Shown here piece after piece: positions 10,376 to 24,004 of a stretch of DNA of 64,000 bases. Each line of letters starts with the position of its first letter. The first letter of the stretch is position 1. Under the pieces are notes generated by a model. That model made no database searches, had not been told where the DNA came from, and saw nothing but the letters and a program-made list of their open reading frames with translations. The position numbers were made by a program, and so were the translations under genes. This DNA comes from Ancylonema sp. (taxonomy: Eukaryota), in NCBI GenBank assembly GCA_050230475.1, contig JBFLGF010000214.1:1-64000 (forward strand), in the 5' to 3' direction.

Positions 10376-13300
10376 GTGCGGTCTAGTTCAGACGCCGTGT
10401 TGGTTAAAAACTAAAGGCTCCACGCGATTTCGCTGCGGTTATCTCTGTGAACGGTATATTCTGCCAGTGAGCGCAAATATATTCGTAGTTGTTAAGTGCT
10501 GCACGTAATTTTGACATTGCGCTGCAAGTTTTCGAGCTGAGTGCTGTAGTGCAGGAATTGCACTGAGAACTCGAGCTGAGCGAGAAATTTTGTGAAATCC
10601 TAAACAATTGCTGCCACAATGACGGATAGGTCGCAAATCCCACCACAGTTTATTGGAGCAGATTATACAGGATGGGCCTTCAAGGTCAAGTATGGGCTGG
10701 CGGACAGAAAACTGCATCGTTTGGTGATGGATTGGGACAGCATGCCGCGGAGGTGTCGCCCAGACGTAATACTTCTATTGACACCAGACAACGAGCTGCA
10801 ATTTGCCGCCGGGATCGACGTTGATGTCGAAATATTGGTCACGGAGCAACACATTTCCCAGCAGCTGCTGCAGCTCGAGAAATGGGACGAGGATAATCTG
10901 GCTGCCATGTCCTACATAGTCAAACATTTGGGACCATCGGAGCTAACGCACGTCACGGACTGCACGACAGCTGCCGGAATGTGGGATGCCCTGAGGACAT
11001 TCTACGAGGTGCAGGGTGCGATCGAGATCGCGAATACGGAGGCGCTGTTGAGCGCGATCGTACAGACTGAGGCGGAGGACCTCAACGTATACGTCAAGCG
11101 TCTTCAGCAGCTGCACCAGGATTTGAAGAACCTCGGGGCGCCAATAACTCCAACGAAGCAGGCGATCAACCTGCTCAACTCTTTGAATACTCATTACAGC
11201 CCGATGGTCTCGACGCTGATGCCGTGGTCGGAATCGTCTCCACATCTGTTCACGATTCCCCACATCGTGAGTGCGCTGCTGCGCGACGACGTCCGAAAGG
11301 AGCTGAATGAGCGTAAGAGGGGGGCGCTGCCAGGAGGTCACCAAGCGCATTATGGTGGACCTGGGGGGGGAAACGGAGCTGGAGGCAGCAGCAGACCTGG
11401 TGGTGCGACTGGAGCTGGTCGCAGAGACGCTGCAGGCGTCGAATGCTTCGGCTGCCACAAATTCGGCCACATCAGAGCGAACTGCCCTTCACCAGCTATC
11501 GACGGAGGCCATGCCGGAGCCTGGAAATGTCACAGGTGCCACCAGGCAGGCCACCGAGCTGTCAGAGTCCTGCGCCATCGCCAGCAGCTGGAAATGTTGC
11601 GCACGCGACTCAGGGAAGTTCAGGGGGGAGACAGAGGTGCAGATATTGCAACAATGAAAGCATACGATTGAACAATGTAGAAAACGCACATCTGATTTGG
11701 CTTTAATGAACCCAGAAGCTGCTCGAAGGGCTGATGCACAAGCTAGACTTGCTCGCTTTGCTGACAAACCTTTCGACGCTAATGTGGATTATTTAGCTTT
11801 CGGTGCTTTCTCGTTCGATGTTGCTCGAGCATTGTCTGCTGGTTCTCACACAGACTCCTTGATCCTGAATTCAAGTGCTACAGACCACATATTCACTGAA
11901 TGTGAACACTTTGTGGAGTACACACCTACCCTGAGCACGCAGAAGGCCTTCATCACCACTGCTGACGGCTCGTCACACAAGGTGGAAGGCATTGGTTTCG
12001 TGCACATCCGAGTGAGGAATGGCGACACATTTTTTGTGCAGCCACTCAGCTCGATCCACGTCCCTACTCGTGTCGACATCGTGCCTCGTCAAAAGAGGTG
12101 GGCTGATGTGCTGCAGCAGCTGAGCTTCTTACAGCTGCCCACGGCGGGTCCAGAATCAAACAAGGGAAATGTGAAATGGTGGGGGGCTGATGTGCTGCAG
12201 CAGCCTAGTGGTCTGACTTTGCTGCTTGCTGCCACCATCGTCGTCATGCCTCCTGGATCTCTGGATCTCATGATACGAGAGCAAATTTGTCCACAGGCAT
12301 GGTCTGGCATCACAAACTGGGTCACCCCAGTTATGTCAGATTTTGTCAGACGTGGTGACATCCCACAGTTAAGTCAGGAAGAATTAACTGAAGGGGCATG
12401 TCACGTGGTTTGTTGTCAGGGGAAGATGATTCAGCACAGTCATGCTAAGGTCAGTGAGGATCTGGGGACATGCCCCAAGATGGGTCGCATTCACCTGGAT
12501 CTCATTGGACCATTGTCTGTCATAAGTCTGCTAATGGATGCTCAGACAGGGATGGAGGTATCCACACGTCTGTCATTTGTCAGTTTGCTAAAAACAAAGG
12601 ATGAAGCACTGAACCGAGCAAAGGTCACGATACAGGTGCTCGAGGTCCAGTCAAGGTTGCCACTACAGTCTATACGGACAGACAAGGGTGGGGAGTATGT
12701 GTCTCAGTACTGGATAAACTACTGTGGGGGGAATATTGACAAGCAAACCACAGAAGCATATAGTCCTGAACAAAACGGAATCTGTGAAAGACTGAATAGA
12801 ACATTGACAGAAAAAATGCGATGCATACTGGTCTGGTCAGTTCTACCGAAGTCGTATTGGGATGTTGCGTTGTTACATGCAAACTGGTTAAGGAACAGAA
12901 CTCCCACTAAGTTGCTTGCTGGCAGAATCCCAATTGAAGTCTGGGAGGGAAAGAACATGAAAATGAACAAAAGTCATAATTTTGGTGGTTCAATACTTGA
13001 AGGTTGGGGGGCAAAAGAATAGGCAAGGGGACAAGTTTGCCCCTCGCACTTGCTTTGGTGTGTTTCTGGGGATGGCTGCGGGGAGTGCAGGCTACAACGT
13101 CTTCGACCCCCATAGGGTGGGGGTGATATCACGCATGGACGTGCGGTTCTTCGAGGAGGTGCCGGGGTACCCGAAGCTCATGGGGGGGAGAGCTCCCCAG
13201 GTTCCGGCAACAGAAAAACACTTTTTCTATCTGTTCCCCGACACCGAAGATGAGCACACCCAGCAGCAGTTGTGCCAGCAGCAGCATCCACCCCAACATG

Positions 13301-16109
13301 CCAGCAGCAGCAGTCCACCCAATCATGCCAGAGTTTTGCAGCTGATGCCAGCAGTTTTGCAGCCAACCCAGCACCAGCAGAATAGCGGTCCCTGAGCCAG
13401 CAGCTGCCATCGACTATCCGCACGACAACTTCCAGCCACAAGCTGCTGAGGTCCCCAACGCCACGATTGTGCTGTCCGACAGCCAGTCAGGGATCAACAA
13501 CGCAGGAGGTGGAGATGCAGGGGAGGAGGAGGTGCAAGGAGGGGGTGCGAACCCAGGAGTGGGGCAGCCAGGCAGCGTAGCTGATCGGGTGATGGCCAGA
13601 AGACGAGCTAACTTTGCCGAGTATGGGGATCTCATGTGATGTGATGGGGAGGAGTTCGATGACGCAGCTCATGCCAACTACTCAGCGACTGAGTGGGAGC
13701 CCAGCTGTTTCTACACTGGCTTCAACGGTCTCCTGTCGATCCTGGCTACGCATGCGTAGCATCAAACAGCAACTCCTCCGAGCCACTCACCCTCAACCAT
13801 GCGATGATGAGGCCCCAGACTGGGACCAGTGGGAGAGGGCCATCCCATCGTGGAAGAGCTCGCCGCCCTGGAGACGTTCAACACCTTGTGTGTACTTCCT
13901 CCAGGTAAAAAGGCTGTGGGGTGCAGATATGTTTTTAAGGTCACAACACCACAGGGGGAATTGAAAGATATAAAGTCAGACTGGTCGCAAGGGATTCTTA
14001 CACAAGAGGGTATTGATATAACGAAGTATTTGCACCAGTAATCGACAGTACATCTATCACCCTACTCCTTCTCTATAGCCAACCAATAATGACTGGGAAC
14101 TGGAACACATGGACGTAATCACAGCGTTCCTGCATGGACGTCTGGAAGAAGAAGTTTATATGGAAAATACCACCCACGTATGCATATCAATGGGGGTGCT
14201 GAGGGAAAGGTCTTACGACTGTTAAGGGGGCGGGCTTTATACGGTCTAAAACAGAGCACGTGTGGCAAGAGATGTTCAAAAAGTTTATGATATCTAAAGG
14301 GTTTACACAATGCGTAATGGACACATGTATATATATGAGGGGGGAAGAAGACAGCAGAATCATACTGGGCATACATGTAGATGATCAGGTGATCACAGGT
14401 CCTAACGCAATGGTCGTCAAAACTTTTAAAGAAGATATGGGTAAAAAGTTCAAAGTCAAGGATCATCTGGGTCCCCTAACCCATTTCCTGGGGGTGGAAG
14501 TGAAGAGGGATAGACAGAGAAGACTGCTCACACTGGGACAGTCAGGATTCTTAAGGGGAGTACTCGAACGCCATGGGATGCATGAGTGTAATCCAACAAA
14601 ACTCCCTCTAGCCCCTGGAACTCAATTTACACAAAATGATAAACCAACTCTTCCCCCTACCCCTGAAAAAATAACAGACTTTCGAGGGAAAGTGGGATCT
14701 CTCATATATGCCATGAAACAAACCAGACTGGACATCGGGTATGCACTTGGGGTACTGGCTAAACACATGGGAAATCCTGGGGTCGCACAACATTAAGGGC
14801 GTTACATCAACTATTCAGATACCTTAAAGGGACTGTGAACCACGGACTGACGTTTGTGGGTTAAGGACATATTTGAAGTAAAGGGTTAACTGCGATGCAT
14901 CATGGAACAGTTGCAGCATGACAGGGCAAGTCAGTCACAGGATTGGGGTAACCACGGTGTTGGGGGGACAGCACTGAGTTGTGGAAGTCACAGAAACAGT
15001 CCACTGTTGCACAGAGCACTGCTGAGGCTGAATATATCGCTGCCTGTAGTGTATCTAAAGAATGCTGTTATCTAAAGTCTCTCTTGAAAGAACTCAAGCA
15101 AGTTCCCAAACCAAATCACACCACACAGACTCAACCTCAGCTCTCTCCATGATCCAGAATCCTGTGCAACGACAGAAAGCAAAACACCTTTAATGTGGTA
15201 TATCACTGGGTACGGGAATGCCACAGCAACGGGGAGACTAAAATATGTGTATTCTTGCAGGCTCCAATCAACCAGCAGATATGATAACCAAAGCTCTACC
15301 TCAAGTTTTACTGGACAGACACAGCAAAAGTCTAGGTTTTGGACGGTTATACTGAACTGGGGGTGTCAGTCTTTTCTTTTATTTTTATTATCAAGGTTTC
15401 GAATGCCATGCATGTTGGCAGGGGGTGTGTTGTTATGTTTCTTTTCATGCAGAAGTAATGGGGAGGGAGGGAGGAGGGTACACCAACTTCAGCTGATCCA
15501 GCTAAGTCACACTCTTACCTTAATACCTTGCCTTGAAAAGACACTTGAAAACGCTTACGCTTGAGGACACTTTAAAATCAGAAAGTGAAGAAGTGTGAAT
15601 CTGCTCAACTTTAAACTTGTCAGTTTGTTTTGAATTTTCGAATGTATGGTATGTTCGTAATCATTGTTGCAAAACTTGTGTCAAAAGTTGGTGCTGATAC
15701 GACTGGTAATTTTGAAGTTATGCTGTTTTGAGATTTTCTGACTGGAAAGTGTAAAGTAAGTATCGTGAAGTTGAAAAAGTTAAAAATCAAAAATATTTTG
15801 ATAAGTTTTTTTGTTTTTCGCCTAACGTGTGGTATTTGTTTGTATGTTCAGGGCTTCGGCCTGAAAAACGACTAAGGATCTGGAGCGATCGACTTCATGC
15901 ATGGAGTTCCGATCGGCCGGCTGCTTCCGAACGGCTGCATTTTTCGATAGAATCCCCTAGCACGTTTTTTATGCCAGGGAAGACCACCAACACTGTTTTT
16001 TATATGTTATGCAATGGGTCTGCCATGATTTGGCAATGACTTGGGTACTCCTTTTGATGTCTGCACATCCATGCCAACTTTAGCATGGCATCCGAGCGAG
16101 GGGGTGGTG

Positions 16110-16576
16110 TGTTAGAATATTTTGGATAGCCATATGTTATGCTTGCTAGTCCAGTTGTATAACCGGTTACTCTAACCGGGAGCAGAGCAATATTCCTAGA
16201 TGTGCCTATATGCGGGGCCGGGCAATTTGTGTGCCCGGGCACCTGACATGCCGTTTTCCGACGCTTATAGAGACGTTATTTGTTGTTTGACGCGTCGTTG
16301 ACGCGTCGTGATTGGCCTCGTGTCAGAAATGTCCGGCATGTGCCGTTGACATGTAGGAAGAGCTGTCAGTCAATGATTAGGCCGACGGTCAATTGTGTGC
16401 CGACCGTCCGGCACACAACAATCTGTAAAGCGCATCGGGGTATTACCATCCCCGATGCAATCACAATTAATAATTCGTTCCACACACGCAACTCCTGTCT
16501 CGTTGATCATCAGTGATAGAGATCTTCTTGCGTACGGTTCGTTTTGTCGCCCACCTAATTATTCCGGCAGCTTACA
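16110..16576 (+). repeat. copia 3' LTR
   Basis: TGTTAGAATATTTTGG...GCTTACA; preceded by a polypurine tract; 17-bp deletion near its 3' end relative to the 5' LTR. Confidence 0.92.
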
Positions 16577-16595
16577 GGTTATGGGCCCACGTCAA

Positions 16596-19030
16596 TCTAC
16601 CTTGCAGACGATAATATGCGACATTGGAATTATGTTCACGGTACATATTTCGAATATCTTCCGTAGTAATAGTACCACGGTTGTCACGTACAAACTGTTG
16701 CCATTCTCGATAAGCTTCTCCTTTCATATACTGACCAGCTGCAAGTATTGAGTCCCACTGCACATGCCCCATACGCTGTGCGCGTTGTTTCGGTCTAACT
16801 GTCTCAAACTATCCGATGAACTCGTCTTGTTTGACACCAATTTCTCCAGTATATGTTGGTAGTGGCGTTGGGTTGGCCATGGTAGAATCTGTCCCACCTT
16901 TTATCTTGTGTCGATAAATGATGGATGTTGTTGCAGCGCTTGGTGGCGTTGTATTGGGAATAGTGGTCGATGGTCCAGCCACACGTGCTGTGGTGTCGAC
17001 AATGTGGTCGTCTGTGTCAATAATCAAAACAGGTTTCAAGTTAATGGAGCGTGTAGGTAGGTGTTCCAAAGAATGTTATGGTTCAGATGTAGAACGTGTC
17101 AATTTGTTGGGTTCAAATTTTAACTACTTGAGTTGTAGAATCGTTATCGAAAAGAGTGGTTGGCAAATGGAATGCCGAAATATTGACAGCTCGCGTAGCT
17201 GAATTGTCAATATCAGTATGAATACAAGTATCAACAGCTGGTGCAGCTGGTGATTCGATATTAATCATATCAATGTCCGATGATCGTGGACTGTTATTGT
17301 CGACAGCTGGTGCGCAGCTGGTCGATCGACAATTTCAGCAGATTTTGTTATCACGAGTTTGGTTAATCTCCCTCTACTATCTTGTGACCACTGCATGCAC
17401 TACTCTTGTGAGCACATCGAATACAAAATAGTAGAAGAAAAGTTGTCTTTTTTTTTTTTTTTTTTTTTTTTTTTTCTTAGGCAATTTACCTTTTCTGACT
17501 TTAAATTGTTAGTAATTCAAGGTCTTCCGCGGTCGGATTAAAGTAGTATTGCAGATTGAGTCTCTGCTGAGATATCAATATTATATCTATCACACGTCTC
17601 AGCGGTCTAGTGAAATTCACTACTTGAGGGCGAGCTAGCAGATGGTTTTTAGTACAAAAGTCTGTGAAAATACTATAAAGCAAACAAGATAGTCTGGTGT
17701 AGATGCAGACTATCAAGGTTAACAGCCGTAAGAGTTACTTTCGGTGCGAAAGCAAAGTATCGACGGCGCGTCGATAAAAGATGCTGGCTCAGAAAAAGCG
17801 TCAGCAGACAGGTGTAAACACCAAATGCTGGCTCGGAGCGAGCGACAACAAACACACACACACAAATGAAATTTCCGGTTCGGAGCGAACGCGGGCAAAT
17901 CGACAGATGTTTAACACACACACGCTTGCTGGCTCTCAGAGAGCGTCAGCGAATCGATGTAAGAAATTAGAGTCGATTAACAAGCTGGCTCAAGAAGAGC
18001 GTCAGCAACAGATTAAGGTGAATCAGATCAAATACACACACACAGATTGCAAAGAACGATTTGCAATCTTACCGGCTGGCTGACGGATGTCAGGCTGAGT
18101 CGGAAGGCGAGCACGTTGCGAAGTCGCGTAAGCGAAGGGATGCAATATTCACATAATTGCAAAGGATTCAGATAACATAGAAGATTGTTTGGAAGAGATT
18201 TCTTAAGAGCGCTATTTGACAGCGGAAGCTGGCAGATCTGAAAGTACAATTTTATTTTTATCACAAAGTTGTTGCTCGGTGCTAACCGGCAAAGTTGACT
18301 AGAGTTAAACTGTCGAAGCTCACGACGGGTTGGCTTCTATAACATTATAATTCATCTCGGCGCTCCGATGCAAACGGCGCGAGATAATACTCTAGTTATA
18401 TGGCTGGATTTAATCGCCGGGATTATCGGCAAGTCGAAAGAGACTTGTGATTTGAAAAAAATCGACACGCAGCTATTTGTTGAAGACTGCTGGATTCTAG
18501 ACTTTGGAAAATACGCCGCGCGTTATTTTCAATTCGTATAAATTTCGTACTTCACTATTTTTCTAGTAAATTACCAATTCTATAAAATCGTTATATCGAA
18601 TACTCTCGTTATAGCAGAGTATTAATCTAGAGAGGATTCGGATCAAACTGAGAATGTCACAACACACACAAGCAAAAAAAAAGTTAAGTAGTGTCACAAA
18701 ATTTTAGCCACCATATGTTAGGACATCATAGACTAAGAGAGCAAATACACATAGTAAACGAGCGGAGAATTGAGTTGATTCCGGACCTCTGTCACTTCGC
18801 CGTCTTGCATCTGCAAGAGTAACGGGTCCAAGGATGACCATCGCCCTTCTGTCCCGATTATCAATTTGTTCCTTGTTCCAAAATTCCAGAACGATTCAGG
18901 CACTTTGTGACATGTACAAGAGATGTTGTGAGGCAAGATGAAAGGACTAACCAGTTGGAATAATCTGATCATTATAAAATGGCGGTGTGTAGCTCAATAT
19001 ATGGTGGTAAGTAAGGACGGGTCAACATCA
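16596..19030 (-). mobile_element. 5' half of the host LTR element: gag N-terminus, long repeat-containing leader, putative PBS and LTR
   Basis: LPTYTGEIG..DEFI..AGQYMKGEAYREW is gag-like (16600-16880). On the minus strand ..TAACA TA TGGTGGCT at ~18706-18720 resembles LTR end plus PBS. The outer LTR end is uncertain. Confidence 0.55.
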
Positions 19031-19453
19031 TATGGCTTGAAATGCAACCAGTAAAACGGACTCAAAGTCAGGATGAAGAAGTATCAAATTGTAGATAGGT
19101 CGAGGTGTTTCAAAATTAACTTGGGTCGATCAACTCAACTAACCATGGAAAAAAACTAGGGACGATCACGTTCCCTCCTGGACGGTCCATAATATCGAAG
19201 AGCCAGTGAGCTGCACCGAGCGAACACCGAGAAAAATGGTTTTAGCATTGCCCATGGCATCCTTTTCTTCGTACGATATGATATTGATAACAATATTACA
19301 TATGAAGCCTCTGCGCTTGCCCATGAACTTGAGCGAAAGGGGAAGTTCAGGAGTTTAACTCCCTACCGCGGAACCCCGTTTCAGTGCAACGCCGAGTTTT
19401 GCTCCTGCCAGTGACGATTACTGCCGAAATTTACTCACTCGTTCTCCTACAAG

Positions 19454-20995
19454 TAGGGTTGGGTTTTAAAGCCTTTAAAACCCCCCCGGTCCATTTATAA
19501 CCTTCAAAACTTTAAATTTTAAAAATCTTCACTTGTTAATAACCCACCAAAGAGGTGTTCTCGGAGCCAGATCAGACCACTGAACTCATTGGCGACCTTA
19601 AAAACTTTCGATTATGAATAAAAAATGACTTCTCAAACAAAACATAGGTTGATTTGCAAATCCTCATTGATGTGTGTAAACTATTGTGACTTGTCATTGT
19701 ATATCATCTCCTCAAACGTCTTTGTCATTCTCATGCGCATACATGTCTAAGGAAAACGATAACTCATTTGGTAGCCATAACCACTATGTCTTGAAGCAAT
19801 TCCACGATGTGGATAAATAGTGATAAAAGGCATAATAATGTTTGTAGACCACGAAAGGACGCCACAAATTCTTTTGCTCTCACTTCTCTCTCATCTTAAA
19901 AAGGAAATGACTCTCGATCTTCATAAGACGAGTCTAAAAACAATAAAAAAAAAAACTCATGAAATAAAAGTTTAACTTACACTCTAAATGTGTAATCCCA
20001 TTTTGCAAACACAAGGACCCTCGTTCTCGAGAGCACAAAAAGACCCCACACTTTCATTTTCCTATAATCGATAGACTCTTGATCCTTCAATAACAACTCT
20101 TGAACTACGAAAGGCATTCGATTAAACGACAAACTAAGGCTCACGGACGATAGAACCATGTTTACCCACGTACTCTTGTCCCTAAACGGTGTCCGCGTTT
20201 GTGTCATTCAAGACCGATAGCGGCCTAAATATTTTTGACAACTTCGTCTCCCTTATCACTTGTGAGACATTGTGGACGCTAGCTACGACAGCTATGTCTT
20301 CTTATCCTTCCAACTCAAGCTCATGAAACATCTCGTTCACAACAGCATCAAACCCTTCTTGGTCTTCGACGACCGAGGGGGACACATGCGATTTTGGGTC
20401 GCCTTGATGGAAGATTGGAGTAGGTTCGAATGTGCGCCTTCATGCTCTCATCGGCCCCCCCGACTCTTGTTTCTCCTCTTGCATTCCCCGGGTTTCGAAT
20501 AAGTACATGTTGCGAAGGCGACGATATTCTACATGACGACAATAAAGCGACGGCGAAGACAACCCAGTTTGGAAATACACGTGTAAACTCCGTCCAACGT
20601 ACCCGCCTTCATGCATGCGGTACATGACGCCCAAAAATGAACTTTGTTCTTCTTCTCCAACGTCGTGAAGTGTTCCCACATAGGCCCCAATGGCCTACCC
20701 CCTCTTCGTGCGGCAAGAGCTTGACGAAGCATCTGAAAAGCATCAACGAACTCGGCACCTGGCATTTGATGATCTCAGGACCCACTCAGAACTCATTGCT
20801 TGACAAATGTGCAGACAAACAGGCGCTAAAGAACGAGGCAGCCGAGAGAAATAGACGATCTGTAGCCTAAGTGGTTACGTGGTTAATTTTAAAGGGTTTT
20901 TAAGGGTCCGAAAATCCAAGGGGTTTAAAACCTTCACTTAAAAACCTTAATTAAGGGTCTTAAATTGCTATAGTTTTTAAGGTTGCCCAACCCTC
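19454..20995 (-). mobile_element. Deleted hAT-like DNA transposon with BED zinc-finger relic
   Basis: TIR TAGGGTTGGG / CCCAACCCT; AAAACC/GGTTTT subterminal motifs; ORF 20529-20765 MWEHF..ASCTAC is BED-like; CTACAAG occurs near both flanks but not as a clean TSD. Confidence 0.65.
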
Positions 20996-22271
20996 GTAGG
21001 CTACAAGCTTGAATTCCGCATTTTTACATCTGCAGAGCCGGGACTGCAACTCCTCAACCTGTCCTCGGCCTATCCTGTTTTCGGCCGGGTCGGATCAGAA
21101 ATTGGCCACTAGGGCTTTGCTAGCAACAAGCTCTTCCTTTGCTAGCAACAAGCTCGGCGCAAATATTTTTCGCTTGCCGCCGCTCAACATTCTATCAGAG
21201 CCCATAATGACGATATAACGCACGTTCGTTTTCATTGTTCGGTATAATTTGGGTATGGTGATATTCGTTTGGGCAATGTTTTTTACAATCAATCTTTTGT
21301 GGTTGTTAAATGTAGAATGCCGTTGTATGTTTTTAATTTTTTTTGGTGTGTGTAATTTCTTAAAGTTTGTATTATATATTTTCTTAGTATCATTAGTTTT
21401 TTACCTTTCTTTTTTTTTTTGTAATCTTGTGATGTTGTTTTTTTGTGCAATATCTTTTTGTAATATTTTATGGCTTATAGTATTGCGTGTTTTTTTATTA
21501 GAGTATTGATATGTTTTTGTTTTTCCAATTTTTTTAGTAGTGAACGTTTCATTATTTCGTTTCTATACTATAACCCCGAGGGATAAAGTCCACATATAAT
21601 GCATGTAGTGTATGATATGTCGGTTTTATATAAAAAAACGTTATTTACTTTGAGAGGTTTTTTGTTGGAGTGTTAGCTAAGTTTCTTGGGCCATCATTGC
21701 CATTTGGCCTTGTTGCATCTTATCATTTGTGCATTTTCAATTTACGTGCCATGGGTTTAGGATTTTGGGGTATTTTTGGGGCATTTTCCCCTAAGATGTG
21801 ATGTACGTATGTGAAATGTTGTGCGTGTGAATTGACGTTGTAAAACATTTTTTTTATAATTTAATAGTGTTGTGTGTCTTTCGTTTGTGTTTTGTTTGTG
21901 TTTTTTTTCCTCTTTTTTTCCCAAAAAAAAAACGGCCGGTTCGTGCAACTATGATAATAACTAACAGAATCCCGGGATCATTTCTTTCTATGGGTAGACA
22001 ATCTACCGTAGACTCACACCTAGTCAATGCAAAAACAAACGAAAACAACTACAAAAGTAAACTATTTGGATATGCAGAATCTAAACCATGACCTAGGGTA
22101 TTTGGCAACAAGTTGTCTTCCCGAAATACATTTGCCGTCCAAAATTGGCTGACCTTCACACACCACCTTCTCTTGTGACCACTTAGTACACTCTCTAGTT
22201 GACGCATTCTGCAATTTATCGAGCATTGAGTGGGCTGATCTATCACATGCAACCATTTTTGTTGACCAGAG

Positions 22272-23006
22272 CATAGTGGGTCCCCGACCCGGAAAATATA
22301 CGCGCCGGCTCGTAGCCAGAGCGCGCGCGCGCCAGCTCGGAGCCGAGCTCGCAAAATCCGCGAGCAAAGCGGGACCCACACGAAAAAATAAAAAATAAAT
22401 CGTAGCCCCGTCCCCGTCCCCTGCTAAGCGGTAGACTAATATGCTTGCGTAATATGGTTTTATAACACCTTGTATTCCGTAATTGTCCCGTCCCCGCTCG
22501 CAATTTCCCCTTGTCGTTTGCAAGCTACAATTCTGTCATTTAGCACATCTCCCGCTCATCGTATTTTTCCATACCATCGTTGTCCTCCCGTTCCATCGTA
22601 ATGTGTGACACTCATAGATCCAGTTTGTCGTTTGTGCCACAGAATCTATCAGTTTTTATAGAAATCCCGCATCTGACGGGTGAGCATTGTTCACCTCCCC
22701 GTCCCTCCCCCAGATGTCATCCGATTCCCGTAATGTCAGAAGATCTTCAAGATTCGATGCAGAATATTTCATTTGCCAAAATATACCGGATCCGACGGAC
22801 ACAATCTCTCCATAAACCATCAGAATATGGTTACTATTTTCGGGACGTACTGCCCAAAGTACCGGTAACCAGTAATTACCTCCTTGGCAGAGGAGGATTT
22901 GTACCTAGTCGCATTCCGATATTTCGTTTTTGTCAAGCGGGTCGCAGATGCGCGCCAGCTCGGAGCCGGGCTCGCAAATTCCGCGAGCGGAGCGGGACCC
23001 ACTATG
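22272..23006. mobile_element. Non-autonomous hAT element
   Basis: TIR CATAGTGGGTCCC / GGGACCCACTATG; perfect 8-bp TSD GACCAGAG. Confidence 0.92.
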
Positions 23007-24004
23007 GACCAGAGCACAAGCACAGACTGTGTACCATTTGTGCTTTGAGGTATTCCATGTAGTTATTTCATTTTAAAGACCGCGGTTAAAGCACCGGGGT
23101 ATTAAGCTATCAACTGTTGTGGACTACAAAATTGCATTTCACGTACGAGCAAACGCACACTGAGTGAGTAAACGTCATTCGATATTACGCAACCATCGAG
23201 AGCATGCACACATTGTTAACAAACGAGTCTCGAAACAAATTTGGGGGTGCAAACCATAACTTGGGGTTTTAAGCCCACTGCTGTGATTTCACAACCTCAT
23301 CCTGTAAACCAATATCTCACTACCAAAGATCTCTAAAATGTGTTGGAGGAAGTTTCCAAATTTGGTATGTCATTATTCTTTATGAGCTCAATGCTACCAC
23401 TCTCCCCACTTTCGGCCAAGTCTTTCAAGCCATTCTTTCACCTATTCAGACCTCCATCCTTAATAATGGTTATCCGACATCTTGACACCAATAATGGGAT
23501 GAACAAAAAACATACCAAAAAAACGACACCCACACAAATGCGCGCCATTGTTCACCCATCCCACAACACGGTTCCCTCAACTCCTCTTAACCCAGTCACC
23601 CCATTCAGACTGTCTTGCCCGCTACCAACCCACACAACTCTTTAAACTACACCTCTCCCCTCCATTGCCATTTAACCTCTCCTTCCTCTAGACAACCAAC
23701 CACCAGCATGCCACAGCCATTGATATTTCTACGTACTTCTCACAACTCCCCCCTTCCACCAAAAAAAAAAATCCACAACTCAAACACGACCAAAAACCGT
23801 TGACCAACCAAGGGACGTTGACCATGAGGACTCACTTCCGTTTCCGATTCAGAGACTCACGAGACGACGACACATGGACGACGACGACGACGACGAGACC
23901 TCCTCTCGACCCCACCACCGACCACCGACCACCGACCACCGACAATCGACCATCGAGCACTTATGCACTCATGCACTCATGCCCTCATGCTGACCTCATC
24001 CTCT

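Larger units (their letters stand above)
9901..16576 (+). mobile_element. Full-length Ty1/copia LTR retrotransposon, degenerate, half-tRNA-iMet primed
   Basis: Direct LTRs 9901-10361 and 16110-16576. PBS GGTTATGGGCCCAC at 10362. gag from ATG 10619, protease-like LILNSSATDHIF, integrase (IRTDKGGEY, SPEQNGICERLNRTL), RT (IHVDDQVI), RNaseH (QSTVAQSTAEAEY ~14995). PPT GAGCGAGGGGGTGG before the 3' LTR. Confidence 0.95.

Noticed and set aside
10619..15340. Frameshifts in copia and gypsy pol as programmed recoding
   Set aside because: Numerous, scattered and not shared between the two copia copies; decay or sequencing error is more likely.
18708..19007. 9-bp inverted match CCACCATAT / ATATGGTGG as self-priming for the gag-only element
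   Set aside because: Too short, and the TGG start fits ordinary tRNA priming.
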